Shown piece after piece: positions 10,201 through 17,256 of a DNA stretch of 39,894 nt (positions within the stretch are counted from its first letter, which is position 1; each line of letters starts with the position of its first letter). A program made the translations under genes and the position numbers. The notes under the pieces were generated by a model that did not search any database, was not told the origin of the DNA, and worked only from the letters and a program-made list of their open reading frames with translations. The stretch is taken from positions 1-39,894 of the forward strand of contig VGOU01000002.1 of assembly GCA_016875795.1 (NCBI GenBank), written 5' to 3'. The DNA is from Chloroflexota bacterium. GTDB taxonomy: Bacteria > Chloroflexota > Limnocylindria > P2-11E.

Positions 10201-10359
10201 CTGGGCGAGCTCGCGCCGAAGCCACAGCCCGACGTAGTGGTTCGGGACGATGACCGTGACGGGGTGGAGAGGATCGTCCTTCTGGGCGCCGCGAATCCGG
10301 CCAAACAGCCACTGCACCGAGGCCTTGCCGGGACGGACGGCGATCCCACGAAGCGTCAT
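7231..10359 (-). CDS. addB: AddB-type helicase-nuclease subunit (degenerate motor, PD-(D/E)XK nuclease with Fe-S cysteine cluster)
   Basis: 1042 aa. No canonical Walker A is visible at the N-terminus (only GIAVRPGKAS). The nuclease motif is RGRLDRVDV...LFDYKTGR. Cysteines are arranged as WALCPFRYF ... NCVYCEYDRIC, i.e. C...CX2CX5C as in AddB iron-sulfur clusters. Confidence 0.8.
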   Translation of the reverse strand: MTLRGIAVRPGKASVQWLFGRIRGAQKDDPLHPVTVIVPNHYVGLWLRRELAQEGYANVRFEILARLAERLGSVRLARSGLRPLTAVAEDALIRRSVRAIGEGFGAVAEHPALVDTLRELFGRLREREVSSADLDSWVARGRMARASFAAYRQYEELLGSHLFYDDRAGVDAATDEIRIGGLSTRDLGDVFVYLPTVLPLTAARLIRAIGELATVEVAIADTGDPLADKERTLICSDLRLGDVAHASSEVPAALRQVIVAPTADEEIRAVCRLILADLDAGIPLNRIGVLWRSRAPYAVLVPEVLRSAGLPFAALEGRPLSESFVAQGLLRLLALADADFARLAVLEWRSTLPPAGYTEPSFAEWNRLSRSARVVRGPAQWKERLERLAEEHRLAASEDGISEGQQRFRQREAATAAAIASELSGVADAVRPPTEQTWSAYVAWAKALRRRFVPPHAEDDERQAADLVDDVIDGLGGAAIIDGTVELPVFRRALEAALEGQRRPNGQIGVGVVIGQVAAARGVAFDRVHIVGMAEGAFPSKAPPDPVFPEGDPPGVSADRLVEERSAFRAAAASAAADGGTLRLSAPAWDSELRPLYAAPWLLEIASDLEGRRVSAAQLRNMTSHGPFFRVRSPDEGLANGPVHLELAERRVAEARTASMRGSLEHAAVARRVDLPLSRIIHVQRARNSPALTEFDGNVEAVATSSARLRGGLTRTAVSPSALEQWALCPFRYFLDRVLFVEETSQPEDDEAWSIIPAVKGSLIHRILQRFFQDLATSGRPGRNETYTPQDHARLDRIAAEEFALIEARGRSGYALAWENERASILRDLHTLLLKDQEMRASGGWVPLRFEQAFGPAGEWPAGAISAPSGAEVRFRGRLDRVDVAPDRERPERARLFDYKTGRVDRKALEADPLVAGTQLQLAVYGRVVKEQLRALGVAEPLVEAAYWQVVSRYKFEMTDVAITPELEQRLAEVVEIIHRGVAAGAFPQVPGEESMRPGVFGWDNCVYCEYDRICPSARDQLAARKSSDPARGLHRALQVAP

Positions 10360-10530
10360 ATCGATGCGAGGCGTGGCGCGAATGTCCCGGTGTCACGCGC
10401 GGAGCCGCTCGCGACCATCGCTTGTAGCCCCGTGCTCCTCAGTTGTGACCTGGAAGGATCGCCGGAAGAGATGCGCCTCGTAAACGCCATTTGCTCCTCC
10501 GCGAGCGCGCGCAGCTGCTCCCGGAGCAGG

Positions 10531-11198
10531 TCAGGCGCCGGCCGGGAGGACCGTCGCAACGAACTTGTGGCAGTAGCCACGGAATGGAGCACCCAGGCTG
10601 ACTACGAGGAAGACCGCGGCGTGCTCGCCAACGCCGCCGAAACTGCGCGGGCGTCGCTGACCAACAGGCACGGAAGCGAACCTCCCATGCCACCGCGGGT
10701 CTGTGACCGGAAGCGAGTGCGTGCTGCCGCAAGTGTGAATGCTGCTCGAACACGCTTCCTTCCTGTGACGGTCGCCTCAATGATCCACTCCACGTTCGTC
10801 GGAGCGACGGCGAGCAACGAAGCTCGCGCTGGGCTCGCGTCGAATCGCACCGCAGCAATGCGCGTCGAAGCGTCGCCAAACAGGTCGGACCCTTCGAAGC
10901 GAAGCCTCCGTAGCAGCCGAGGGGTCTCCAGCCGAGGCAGGCGACCGACTGTGACCACGCGATCGGTCATGAGTTCCCAATTCTCTGGCTGATAGCGGTC
11001 GGGGGTTTGTCCCGTCACTTCCACTCGGACCACGTCGAATGGTCCGAAGCCGCGACATGAGTCTTCACTCAGCGGGCCGTTGCCCCTAGGCACCGGACGC
11101 ACCCACGTCGCCGGATCGTCGGTGCGGACTCCCGCGACGCAGCGTCCACCCTCGCGCCAGGAGTTCGCAAGGCAGACGAACTCAAGCTGCTGTGTCAT
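10531..11198 (-). pseudogene. Dual OB-fold domain family gene interrupted by a 1-nt frameshift
   Basis: ATG at 11198 gives MTQQLEFVCLANSWREGGRCVAGV... through ...RKRVRAAFTL (codon 10731-10733). The family-typical C-terminus CGSTHSLPVTDPRWHG...FLVVSLGAPFRGYCHKFVATVLPAGA* continues in the -1 frame to TGA 10531-10533. One extra T would restore a 222-aa ORF. Confidence 0.6.
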
Positions 11199-11488
11199 AG
11201 GTGGACAACATCGGCGTCGCCCCACAGTCGCGATAGATGCTCCGCGAGGAGGCGTCGATGGCACCGCTCCGGTCCGGCCTCGCTGCACAGAAGCACGGTC
11301 CTCTCTGTGAGGTCGGACGGCTTGACGATGGTCGCGACATCGCGTTCTGCCATGAGCCTCAAGAACCTTTCCGCGTACTCGTCCCATGCGATTCGAACCT
11401 CCAATCGCCTGATCCAGAGGCTGGGGAACGTTCTTTCGTGCATCCGATCCGATCCGAGCACGAAGTACGACGGTGAGCGGTCCCACAT
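11195..11488 (-). pseudogene. DUF488 family protein, 5'-truncated (C-terminal ~97 codons retained)
   Basis: The sequence ...IAWDEYAERFLRLMAERD...RTVLLCSEAGPERCHRRLLAEHLSRLWG matches the DUF488 C-terminal half (LLC-x-E...CHR). The N-terminal half of the domain is absent and replaced by the ISL3 fragment. The stop overlaps the dual-OB start as ATGA (11195-11198). Confidence 0.55.
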
Positions 11489-11504
11489 CGACAGGCGATC
11501 GGAG

Positions 11505-11781
11505 GAACGTGCGCCTCGGTGAAGCTCCTGCCGCAGGCGGGGCACTCGTAGCGTCGCTTGCGCCAGCGCAGCCAGGTCGGCCGGCAGTGGATGGGCAGGT
11601 CGCGCACCAGGACCATGGGCCGCTCCTCGGGCACGAGCGCTGCGGCGCCGCACTCGGGACAGAGCCCGCCCTTCGCCTCGCTCTCGACCTCGACCTCGAG
11701 ACCGGCGAGCTCGCCCGGACCGCAGCCGATGACGCGCCGGCCTGGGATGTTGAGCGGGACCGGGATACAGTCGTCCTTCAT
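11505..11781 (-). pseudogene. ISL3-family transposase N-terminal (zf-ISL3) fragment
   Basis: MKDDCIPVPLNIPGRRVIGC...LEVEVESEAKGGLCPECGAAALVPEERPMVLVRDLPIHCRPTWLRWRKRRYECPACGRSFTEAH carries the CxxC...CxxC zinc-finger N-terminus of ISL3 transposases. No DDE domain follows. Confidence 0.6.
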
Positions 11782-11908
11782 CCGTCGACCCCTTCCTCGC
11801 CACTGAGTGAGATCGCGGCGAGTCTAGGAAGGCCGGCGGACGCTTCTTCTTTCCTCGCTATCCCCGCTCATTCGCGATGAACCCGGTCTTCGAGCGCCGT
11901 TGACGATT

Positions 11909-11935
11909 GGGGCTCCTCGCTAATTCGTGTGGGTA
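11909..11935. repeat. ISL3 left terminal inverted repeat
   Basis: ggggctcctcgctaattcgtgtgggta. Its reverse complement differs from 13243-13269 at two positions. Confidence 0.8.
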
Positions 11936-12001
11936 CGCTGAGCTCCGCAGGGTGGCCGGGGAGCCAGGGGCTGCCGCTGCGGAGGCTCCTGCGCGCGCGA
12001 G

Positions 12002-13300
12002 GTGCAGCAGCTCTTCGAGAAGGCCCTCGGCCTCGTCCCGCCGTGGAAGGTCACCCGCTCTGAGTCCGATCCCAAGGCCCAGCGCCTCGACCTGTTCCTC
12101 GACTTCGAGCGGGGCGCGCGGTTCCGCTGTCCCGCGTGCGGAGCTGAAGGCTGTCCCGTTCACGACACGGAGGACGAGGAGTGGCGGCACCTCAACTTCA
12201 TGCAGTACCCGCTGTACCTCCACGCGCGGGTGCCGCGCGTCCGCTGCGAGAAGGATGGCGTGCGTCAGATCGATCTCCCCTGGGCCCGTCCCGGCTCGGG
12301 CTTCAGCCACCTGTTCGAGGCCTTCGTCATGACCCTCGCGGCGGAGATGCCGGTGAAGGCGATCGCCGACCTGCTCGGCGAGCACGACACGCGCATCTGG
12401 CGCGTCGTCCACTTCCACGTCGAGCGGGCCCGGGCCAGGGAGGACTTCTCCAAGGTCCGCCACGTCGGGGTGGATGAGACCAGCCGCCGGCGGGGCCAGC
12501 GCTACGCGTCGCTCCTCTGCGACCTCGAGCGCGCGAGGCTCCTCTTCGCCACGCCGGGCAAGGACGGCGGCGCGTTCGGCCGCTTCAAGGACGACCTCGT
12601 CGCCCACCGCGGTGAGCCGGCGCAGCTCGTCGAGCTGTGCATGGACATGTCCCCCGCGTACGTCTCGGGGGCGACGGAGCACTTCGCGGGCGTGCCCATC
12701 ACCTTCGACCGCTACCACCTCATGCAGGACCTCAACTTCGCCCTCGACCAGGTCCGCCGCTCCGAGCAGGCCTCCCGGGCGCTCCCCGCGCGGCACCTGT
12801 GGAGCCGCCGCCGCCGAACGCAGCTTCCGACGCTCAAGAAGAGCCGCTACCTCTGGCTGAGGAACCCCGCGAAGCTGAGCGACCGCCAGCGCGCCGAGGT
12901 CGAGCGGCTCTCGGCGGTCCACGACAGGACCGGCAGGTCGTACCGCATCGAGCTCGCCTTCCAGGAGCTGTACACGCAGTGCCCCGAGGAGGCCGAGGCC
13001 TACCCGCGGCGCTGGTACGCCTGGGCCATCCGCTCGCGGCTGATCCCCATCGTCGAGTTCGCCCGCACGGTCAAGCAGCTCTGGGACGGCGTGCTGCGCT
13101 GTTTCACCAGCAAGGTGAGCGACGGCATCCTCGAGGCCATCGGCAGCCTCGTGCAGGCGGCGAAGCGTCGGGCTCGCGGCTACCGGACGACCGAGAACCT
13201 CATCGTCATCGCCTCCCTCGTCGCGGGGAAGCTGGACCTTGCTACCCACACGAGTTGGCGAGGAGCCCCGATTAGCCAAGACCCTACCGGGCGGCTTTAA
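12002..13300 (+). CDS. ISL3 family transposase
   Basis: 432 aa with a GTG start. Contains LGLVPPWKV..., FRCPACG...HDTEDEEWRHLNF...PRVRCEKDGVRQIDLPWARPGSGFSHLFE, a DDE region (VGVDETS...MDMSPAY...) and the C-terminal ARGYRTTENLIVIASLVAGKLDL. The ORF runs 31 nt beyond the right IR. Confidence 0.85.
   Translation: MQQLFEKALGLVPPWKVTRSESDPKAQRLDLFLDFERGARFRCPACGAEGCPVHDTEDEEWRHLNFMQYPLYLHARVPRVRCEKDGVRQIDLPWARPGSGFSHLFEAFVMTLAAEMPVKAIADLLGEHDTRIWRVVHFHVERARAREDFSKVRHVGVDETSRRRGQRYASLLCDLERARLLFATPGKDGGAFGRFKDDLVAHRGEPAQLVELCMDMSPAYVSGATEHFAGVPITFDRYHLMQDLNFALDQVRRSEQASRALPARHLWSRRRRTQLPTLKKSRYLWLRNPAKLSDRQRAEVERLSAVHDRTGRSYRIELAFQELYTQCPEEAEAYPRRWYAWAIRSRLIPIVEFARTVKQLWDGVLRCFTSKVSDGILEAIGSLVQAAKRRARGYRTTENLIVIASLVAGKLDLATHTSWRGAPISQDPTGRL
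13243..13269. repeat. ISL3 right terminal inverted repeat
   Basis: tacccacacgagttggcgaggagcccc. A perfect-IR version would read AAT TAG in the transposase frame where this copy reads AGT TGG. Confidence 0.8.
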
Positions 13301-13336
13301 TCAGTATCCGACCGAGGGTTCGCGGGGGAGATCTGC

Positions 13337-15451
13337 GTGTACAGGGTCTGCATCGATGTAGGCGGGACGTTCACCGACTGTCTCGTGCTCGACGGCCACG
13401 GCCAGGTCCGGCAGTTCAAGTCGCCGACGACGCCCGCGGATGCGTCGGTCGGCTTCCTGAGCGCCGTCGCCAAGGCGGCGCGCGGCTACGGGCAGGACAC
13501 CAAGACCTTCCTCGGCTCGGTCGAGCTCCTCGTGCACGGGACGACGCTGGCGACGAACACCTTGATCAACACCAGCGGCGCGAAGACCGGCATGATCACG
13601 ACGAAGGGCTTCCGCGATGTCGTCGAGACGCGCCGCGGATACAAGAACGTCCGAACGTCGATGTACAACGTCTTCGTCCCACCGTATCGGCCGCTCGTCC
13701 CGCGACGCCTGCGTCTCGAGGCCGAGGAGCGCTCGCTCTACACCGGCGAAGTGGCGACCGCCCTGCGCGAGGACGACGTCCGCGCGGCAGCGCGGAAGCT
13801 GCGCGCCGAGGGCGTTGAGAGCGTCGCGATCTGCTTCCTCCATTCGTACGCGCAGCCCGCGAATGAACGACGCGCGACGGAGCTCGCCAGGGCGGAGATG
13901 CCTGGGACCTACGTGACCTCATCGCATGAGATCCTTCCCGTCTGGCGGGAGTTCGAGCGCTTCTCAACGACCGCGGTGTCCGCGTACACCGGTCCGGTCG
14001 TCGAGCGCTATCTGCGGAGCCTGGAAGCCCGGCTCGCGGCTTCGGGCTTCCGAGGGCAGCTCCTCCTCATGCTGTCGAGCGGCGTCGTCGAGACGGTCGA
14101 CTATTGCGTGCCCCGCGTGGTGTATCTGATCGGTTCGGGGCCTGCGGCCGCACCGGCGGCCGCGCTGCACGCCGGTGCCGCCTCCGGGCGACGTGATCTC
14201 CTCTCCGTCGACATGGGCGGGACCTCGTTCGACGTATGCATGATCCGCGGTGGCGAGATCCCGACCACGACCGAGGGATGGGTGCAGGACGAGCGCGTCG
14301 CCATCAAGATGGTGGACGTCCACTCGGCCGGGGCGGGGGGCGGATCGATCGCGTGGATCGACTCCATCGGCCTCCTCCGGGTCGGACCTCGGTCCGCCGG
14401 GGGCGATCCCGGCCCGGCCTGCTATGGCAAGGGCCTCGACCCCACGGTGACTGACGCCGACCTCCTCCTCGGATACGTACCCGCGGACTTCTTCCTCGGC
14501 GGGGACATCAAGCTCGACGCTACGCGCGCGGAGGCCGCGATGATGCGCGTCGGCACGCCGCTGGGCATGACCGCGCGCGACGCGGCGCAGGCCGTCTTCA
14601 CCGCGGTGAACTCGTTCATGGCCGATCAGATCACGGAGGTCGCGACGATGGGCGGCCACGACGTGAGGGACTTCGCGCTCGTCGGCGGCGGCGGCGCGGG
14701 TCCCGTCCATGTCTCGTTCATCGCGGAGCTGCTGGGGATCCCGACGGTCATCGTCCCCAGTGTCGCTGCTACGTACTCGGCGTTCGGGATGCTCGCGATG
14801 GACATCGGCCGCCACTACTCGCGCTCGTACGTCGTGCGTGCGAAGTCGCTGGACCTCGAGCGGGTCCGCGCTCTGTATCGAGAGATGGAGCAGCAGGCCG
14901 TCGAGGGCCTCGGCGCGATGGGGATCGCGCGCGACGCGGTCGCCTTCACGCGAACGGCCGACCTCAGATACGTCGGTCAATTCCACGAGGTCGAGGTCGA
15001 GGTCCCGAGCGGGGAGCTCAGCGCCGCCGCGATGGAGCGCGCGATCGAGAACTTCCACGCCCGGCACAAGGCGCTCTACACGTTCAACATGCCCTGGCAG
15101 GCCGTCGAGTTCCTGACCTTCCACCAGAAGGCGACCGTGCCGCGACCGCCGTTCAGCCTCAGGCGCGTCGAGCCGGGTGGCAGGGACGCGTCGGCCGCGG
15201 TGAAGCGTCGGCGGACCGCGTGGTTCGGCGGCGTGCCGATCGAGACGACCGTCTTCGACGGCTCGAAGCTCCGTGCCGGCAATGTGATCGCCGGTCCGGC
15301 GCTCATCGAGGAGACGACGACGACGGTCGTCGTGCCCCCGTCCTTCACCGTCGTCGTCGACGAGCAGCGGAGCTACGTGCTCACGCTCGGCGAGCGGGCG
15401 GGGACGCGTGGCCGCACAGAGACGCGGGCGGTCGAAGGGGTCTCCCGATGA
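13337..15451 (+). CDS. hyuA: Hydantoinase/oxoprolinase family A subunit (HyuA-like, ATP-dependent)
   Basis: 704 aa. The GTG start is preceded by GGGGGAG 7 nt upstream. The N-terminus YRVCIDVGGTFTDCLV and later DMGGTSFDV are characteristic. Confidence 0.85.
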   Translation: MYRVCIDVGGTFTDCLVLDGHGQVRQFKSPTTPADASVGFLSAVAKAARGYGQDTKTFLGSVELLVHGTTLATNTLINTSGAKTGMITTKGFRDVVETRRGYKNVRTSMYNVFVPPYRPLVPRRLRLEAEERSLYTGEVATALREDDVRAAARKLRAEGVESVAICFLHSYAQPANERRATELARAEMPGTYVTSSHEILPVWREFERFSTTAVSAYTGPVVERYLRSLEARLAASGFRGQLLLMLSSGVVETVDYCVPRVVYLIGSGPAAAPAAALHAGAASGRRDLLSVDMGGTSFDVCMIRGGEIPTTTEGWVQDERVAIKMVDVHSAGAGGGSIAWIDSIGLLRVGPRSAGGDPGPACYGKGLDPTVTDADLLLGYVPADFFLGGDIKLDATRAEAAMMRVGTPLGMTARDAAQAVFTAVNSFMADQITEVATMGGHDVRDFALVGGGGAGPVHVSFIAELLGIPTVIVPSVAATYSAFGMLAMDIGRHYSRSYVVRAKSLDLERVRALYREMEQQAVEGLGAMGIARDAVAFTRTADLRYVGQFHEVEVEVPSGELSAAAMERAIENFHARHKALYTFNMPWQAVEFLTFHQKATVPRPPFSLRRVEPGGRDASAAVKRRRTAWFGGVPIETTVFDGSKLRAGNVIAGPALIEETTTTVVVPPSFTVVVDEQRSYVLTLGERAGTRGRTETRAVEGVSR

Positions 15452-17199
15452 CGGGAAGGACCGTCGACCCGATCACGCTGTCCACGGTCTGGCACGCCTT
15501 CCAGAGCATGGGCCGCGAGATGCGCCACGTGATCGACCGCACCGCACAGAACTACCTCATCGCCCAGCTGCACGACATGGCCGCCGGGATCTGGGACGTG
15601 AAGGCTCGGACGATCGCGGTGCCCGAGGGTCCCACCTCGATGTTCCTGTCGCAGCACTTCACGGTGGAGTACGTCCTCGAGAAGTTCGGGGCCGACCTAC
15701 GTCCAGGCGACGTGATCCTCACGAACGATCCGTACAAGGGGTACTGCAATCACCTGCCGGACTGGGGGTTCTTCCGGCCGATCTTCTATAAGGGTGAGCT
15801 CCTGTTCATCGCCCTGACGCGAGGGCACCAGCTCGACACAGGCGGCTCGTTCCCTGGCGGGTACTTCCCGAATGGGTACGACATCCACGCCGAGGGGATC
15901 ATGATCCCGCCGATCAAGGTCGTTGACGAGGGTCGCGAGCGCAGCGACGTCCTCGAGCTCATCTGGAACAACGTGCGGTGGCCCGAAGGCGTACGGATCG
16001 ACAACTACGCGCTCATGGCCGCGCTCAAGGTCTGCGACGACCGGATCGTCGCTCTCCTCGACAAGTACGGACGGAGCACCGTCCTCGAGTGCGTGGACGA
16101 GATGCTCGATCGGATGGAGCGGGCCGTTCGCGATCAGATCGCGCGCGTTCCGGAAGGGACCTACTACGGCGAATCGGCCTCCGACGACGACGGCACCGTT
16201 CTCGACGAGCCGGTGTGGGTCCGGTGCGAGGCGACCTTCAAGGGCGACGAGATGGTGCTCGACTTCTCGAAGAGCGACGCGCAGCGGAAGGGATTCGTGA
16301 ACTGCACCTACTCATCGACCTACAGCCGAGCGGTCGCGGGCAGCTTCCTCTTCTTCGACCCGGCCCTCGCGCAGTTCCACAACGGCGGGAGCATGCGGCC
16401 GATCTCGGTGGTCGCGCCCCCCGGCACCGTCGTGCACGCGGTGTATCCCGCCACCGTCGGAGGCTCGCCGGTGAACGTCGGGACCCAGGTCCTCGAGGCG
16501 ACCTGCGCCGCGCTGTCGAAGGCGATGCCCGACCGCGCGGTCGCCGGCTGGGGACGCCGCCGCGGCCATTACATCTTCGGGATCGACCCCCGGAGCGGCG
16601 ACCGGTACGTCCAGACGACCACCGACGCCGACGGCGGCTCAGGTGCGGTCGCGGGGTTCGATGGGTTCGAGGGCGCGCTGGGCATGTCCGGCCTCGGATC
16701 GATCACGCGCGGCAACGTTGAGGAGGTGGAGATCCGCTTCCCGTGGCGCGCCGTGAAGTGGCACTTCGTGCCTGACATGGCCGGCGCCGGCCGCTGGCGC
16801 GGAGGCAGCGGGACGCTGTGGGAGTGGCAGAACGTCGGCGGTGACGTCGGCGTGGCCACCGGGTCCTCGGACGGGGATCTCACGCAGCCCCCCGGCGCGG
16901 CGAGCGGCCATCCCGGACCGCTCTCCCGCATGTACATCCGACGTGGCGATGAGGTCCTCGCGGCCCGCACGCATCGGATGATCCAGGTCAAGACCGGCGA
17001 GGTCCTGGGCAAGGTGAGCGGCGGCGGCGGCGGCGTCGGCGATCCGGCCGAGCGCGATCCACGAGCCGTCCTCGAGGACGTCCTGGACGAGAAGATCACG
17101 GTCGCGCACGCGCGAGAGGTGTACCGGGTCGCGATCGATCCGGCTGACCTCCGGATCGACGAGCCGGGCACCTCGGCGCTGCGCGTGCGCCCCGACTGA
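15448..17199 (+). CDS. hyuB: Hydantoinase/oxoprolinase family B subunit (HyuB-like)
   Basis: 583 aa from ATG 15448, overlapping the hyuA stop as ATGA. MTGRTVDPITLSTVWHAFQSMGREM..., ...TNDPYKG..HLPDW... and ...GGGGVGDPAERDP are typical HyuB motifs. Confidence 0.85.
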   Translation: MTGRTVDPITLSTVWHAFQSMGREMRHVIDRTAQNYLIAQLHDMAAGIWDVKARTIAVPEGPTSMFLSQHFTVEYVLEKFGADLRPGDVILTNDPYKGYCNHLPDWGFFRPIFYKGELLFIALTRGHQLDTGGSFPGGYFPNGYDIHAEGIMIPPIKVVDEGRERSDVLELIWNNVRWPEGVRIDNYALMAALKVCDDRIVALLDKYGRSTVLECVDEMLDRMERAVRDQIARVPEGTYYGESASDDDGTVLDEPVWVRCEATFKGDEMVLDFSKSDAQRKGFVNCTYSSTYSRAVAGSFLFFDPALAQFHNGGSMRPISVVAPPGTVVHAVYPATVGGSPVNVGTQVLEATCAALSKAMPDRAVAGWGRRRGHYIFGIDPRSGDRYVQTTTDADGGSGAVAGFDGFEGALGMSGLGSITRGNVEEVEIRFPWRAVKWHFVPDMAGAGRWRGGSGTLWEWQNVGGDVGVATGSSDGDLTQPPGAASGHPGPLSRMYIRRGDEVLAARTHRMIQVKTGEVLGKVSGGGGGVGDPAERDPRAVLEDVLDEKITVAHAREVYRVAIDPADLRIDEPGTSALRVRPD

Positions 17200-17256
17200 C
17201 GGAGGAAGGCGACGCCCGCCCCGAACGACACAGACCTCCTCGCGCCGCTCGAGCGC

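Larger units (their letters stand above)
11909..13269 (+). mobile_element. Complete ISL3-family insertion sequence (about 1.36 kb)
   Basis: Bounded by 27-bp terminal inverted repeats that match at 25 of 27 positions. It encloses a full-length ISL3 transposase. GATT directly abuts both ends (11905-11908 and 13270-13273). No clean 8-bp duplication is present. Confidence 0.8.

Noticed and set aside
10515-10529. A small hairpin (ctgctc-ccg-gagcag) right after the restored dual-OB stop, considered as a terminator.
   Set aside because: The stem is only 6 bp with a 3-nt loop and no U-tract. Structures like this occur frequently by chance in GC-rich DNA.
10356-10592. A 78-aa minus-strand ORF whose stop forms an ATGA overlap with the addB start codon, which suggests a coupled small gene.
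   Set aside because: Third-position GC over its first codons is only about 55%, against about 90% in real genes here. Its 5' part also overlaps the restored 3' end of the dual-OB gene (stop at 10531). The sequence is Ser/Arg/Ala-rich with no recognisable motif. It is more likely intergenic.
11901-13277. An 8-bp target-site duplication for the complete ISL3 element.
   Set aside because: The flanks are TGACGATT (left) and GATTAGCC (right). Only GATT is shared, so no canonical 8-bp duplication can be claimed.
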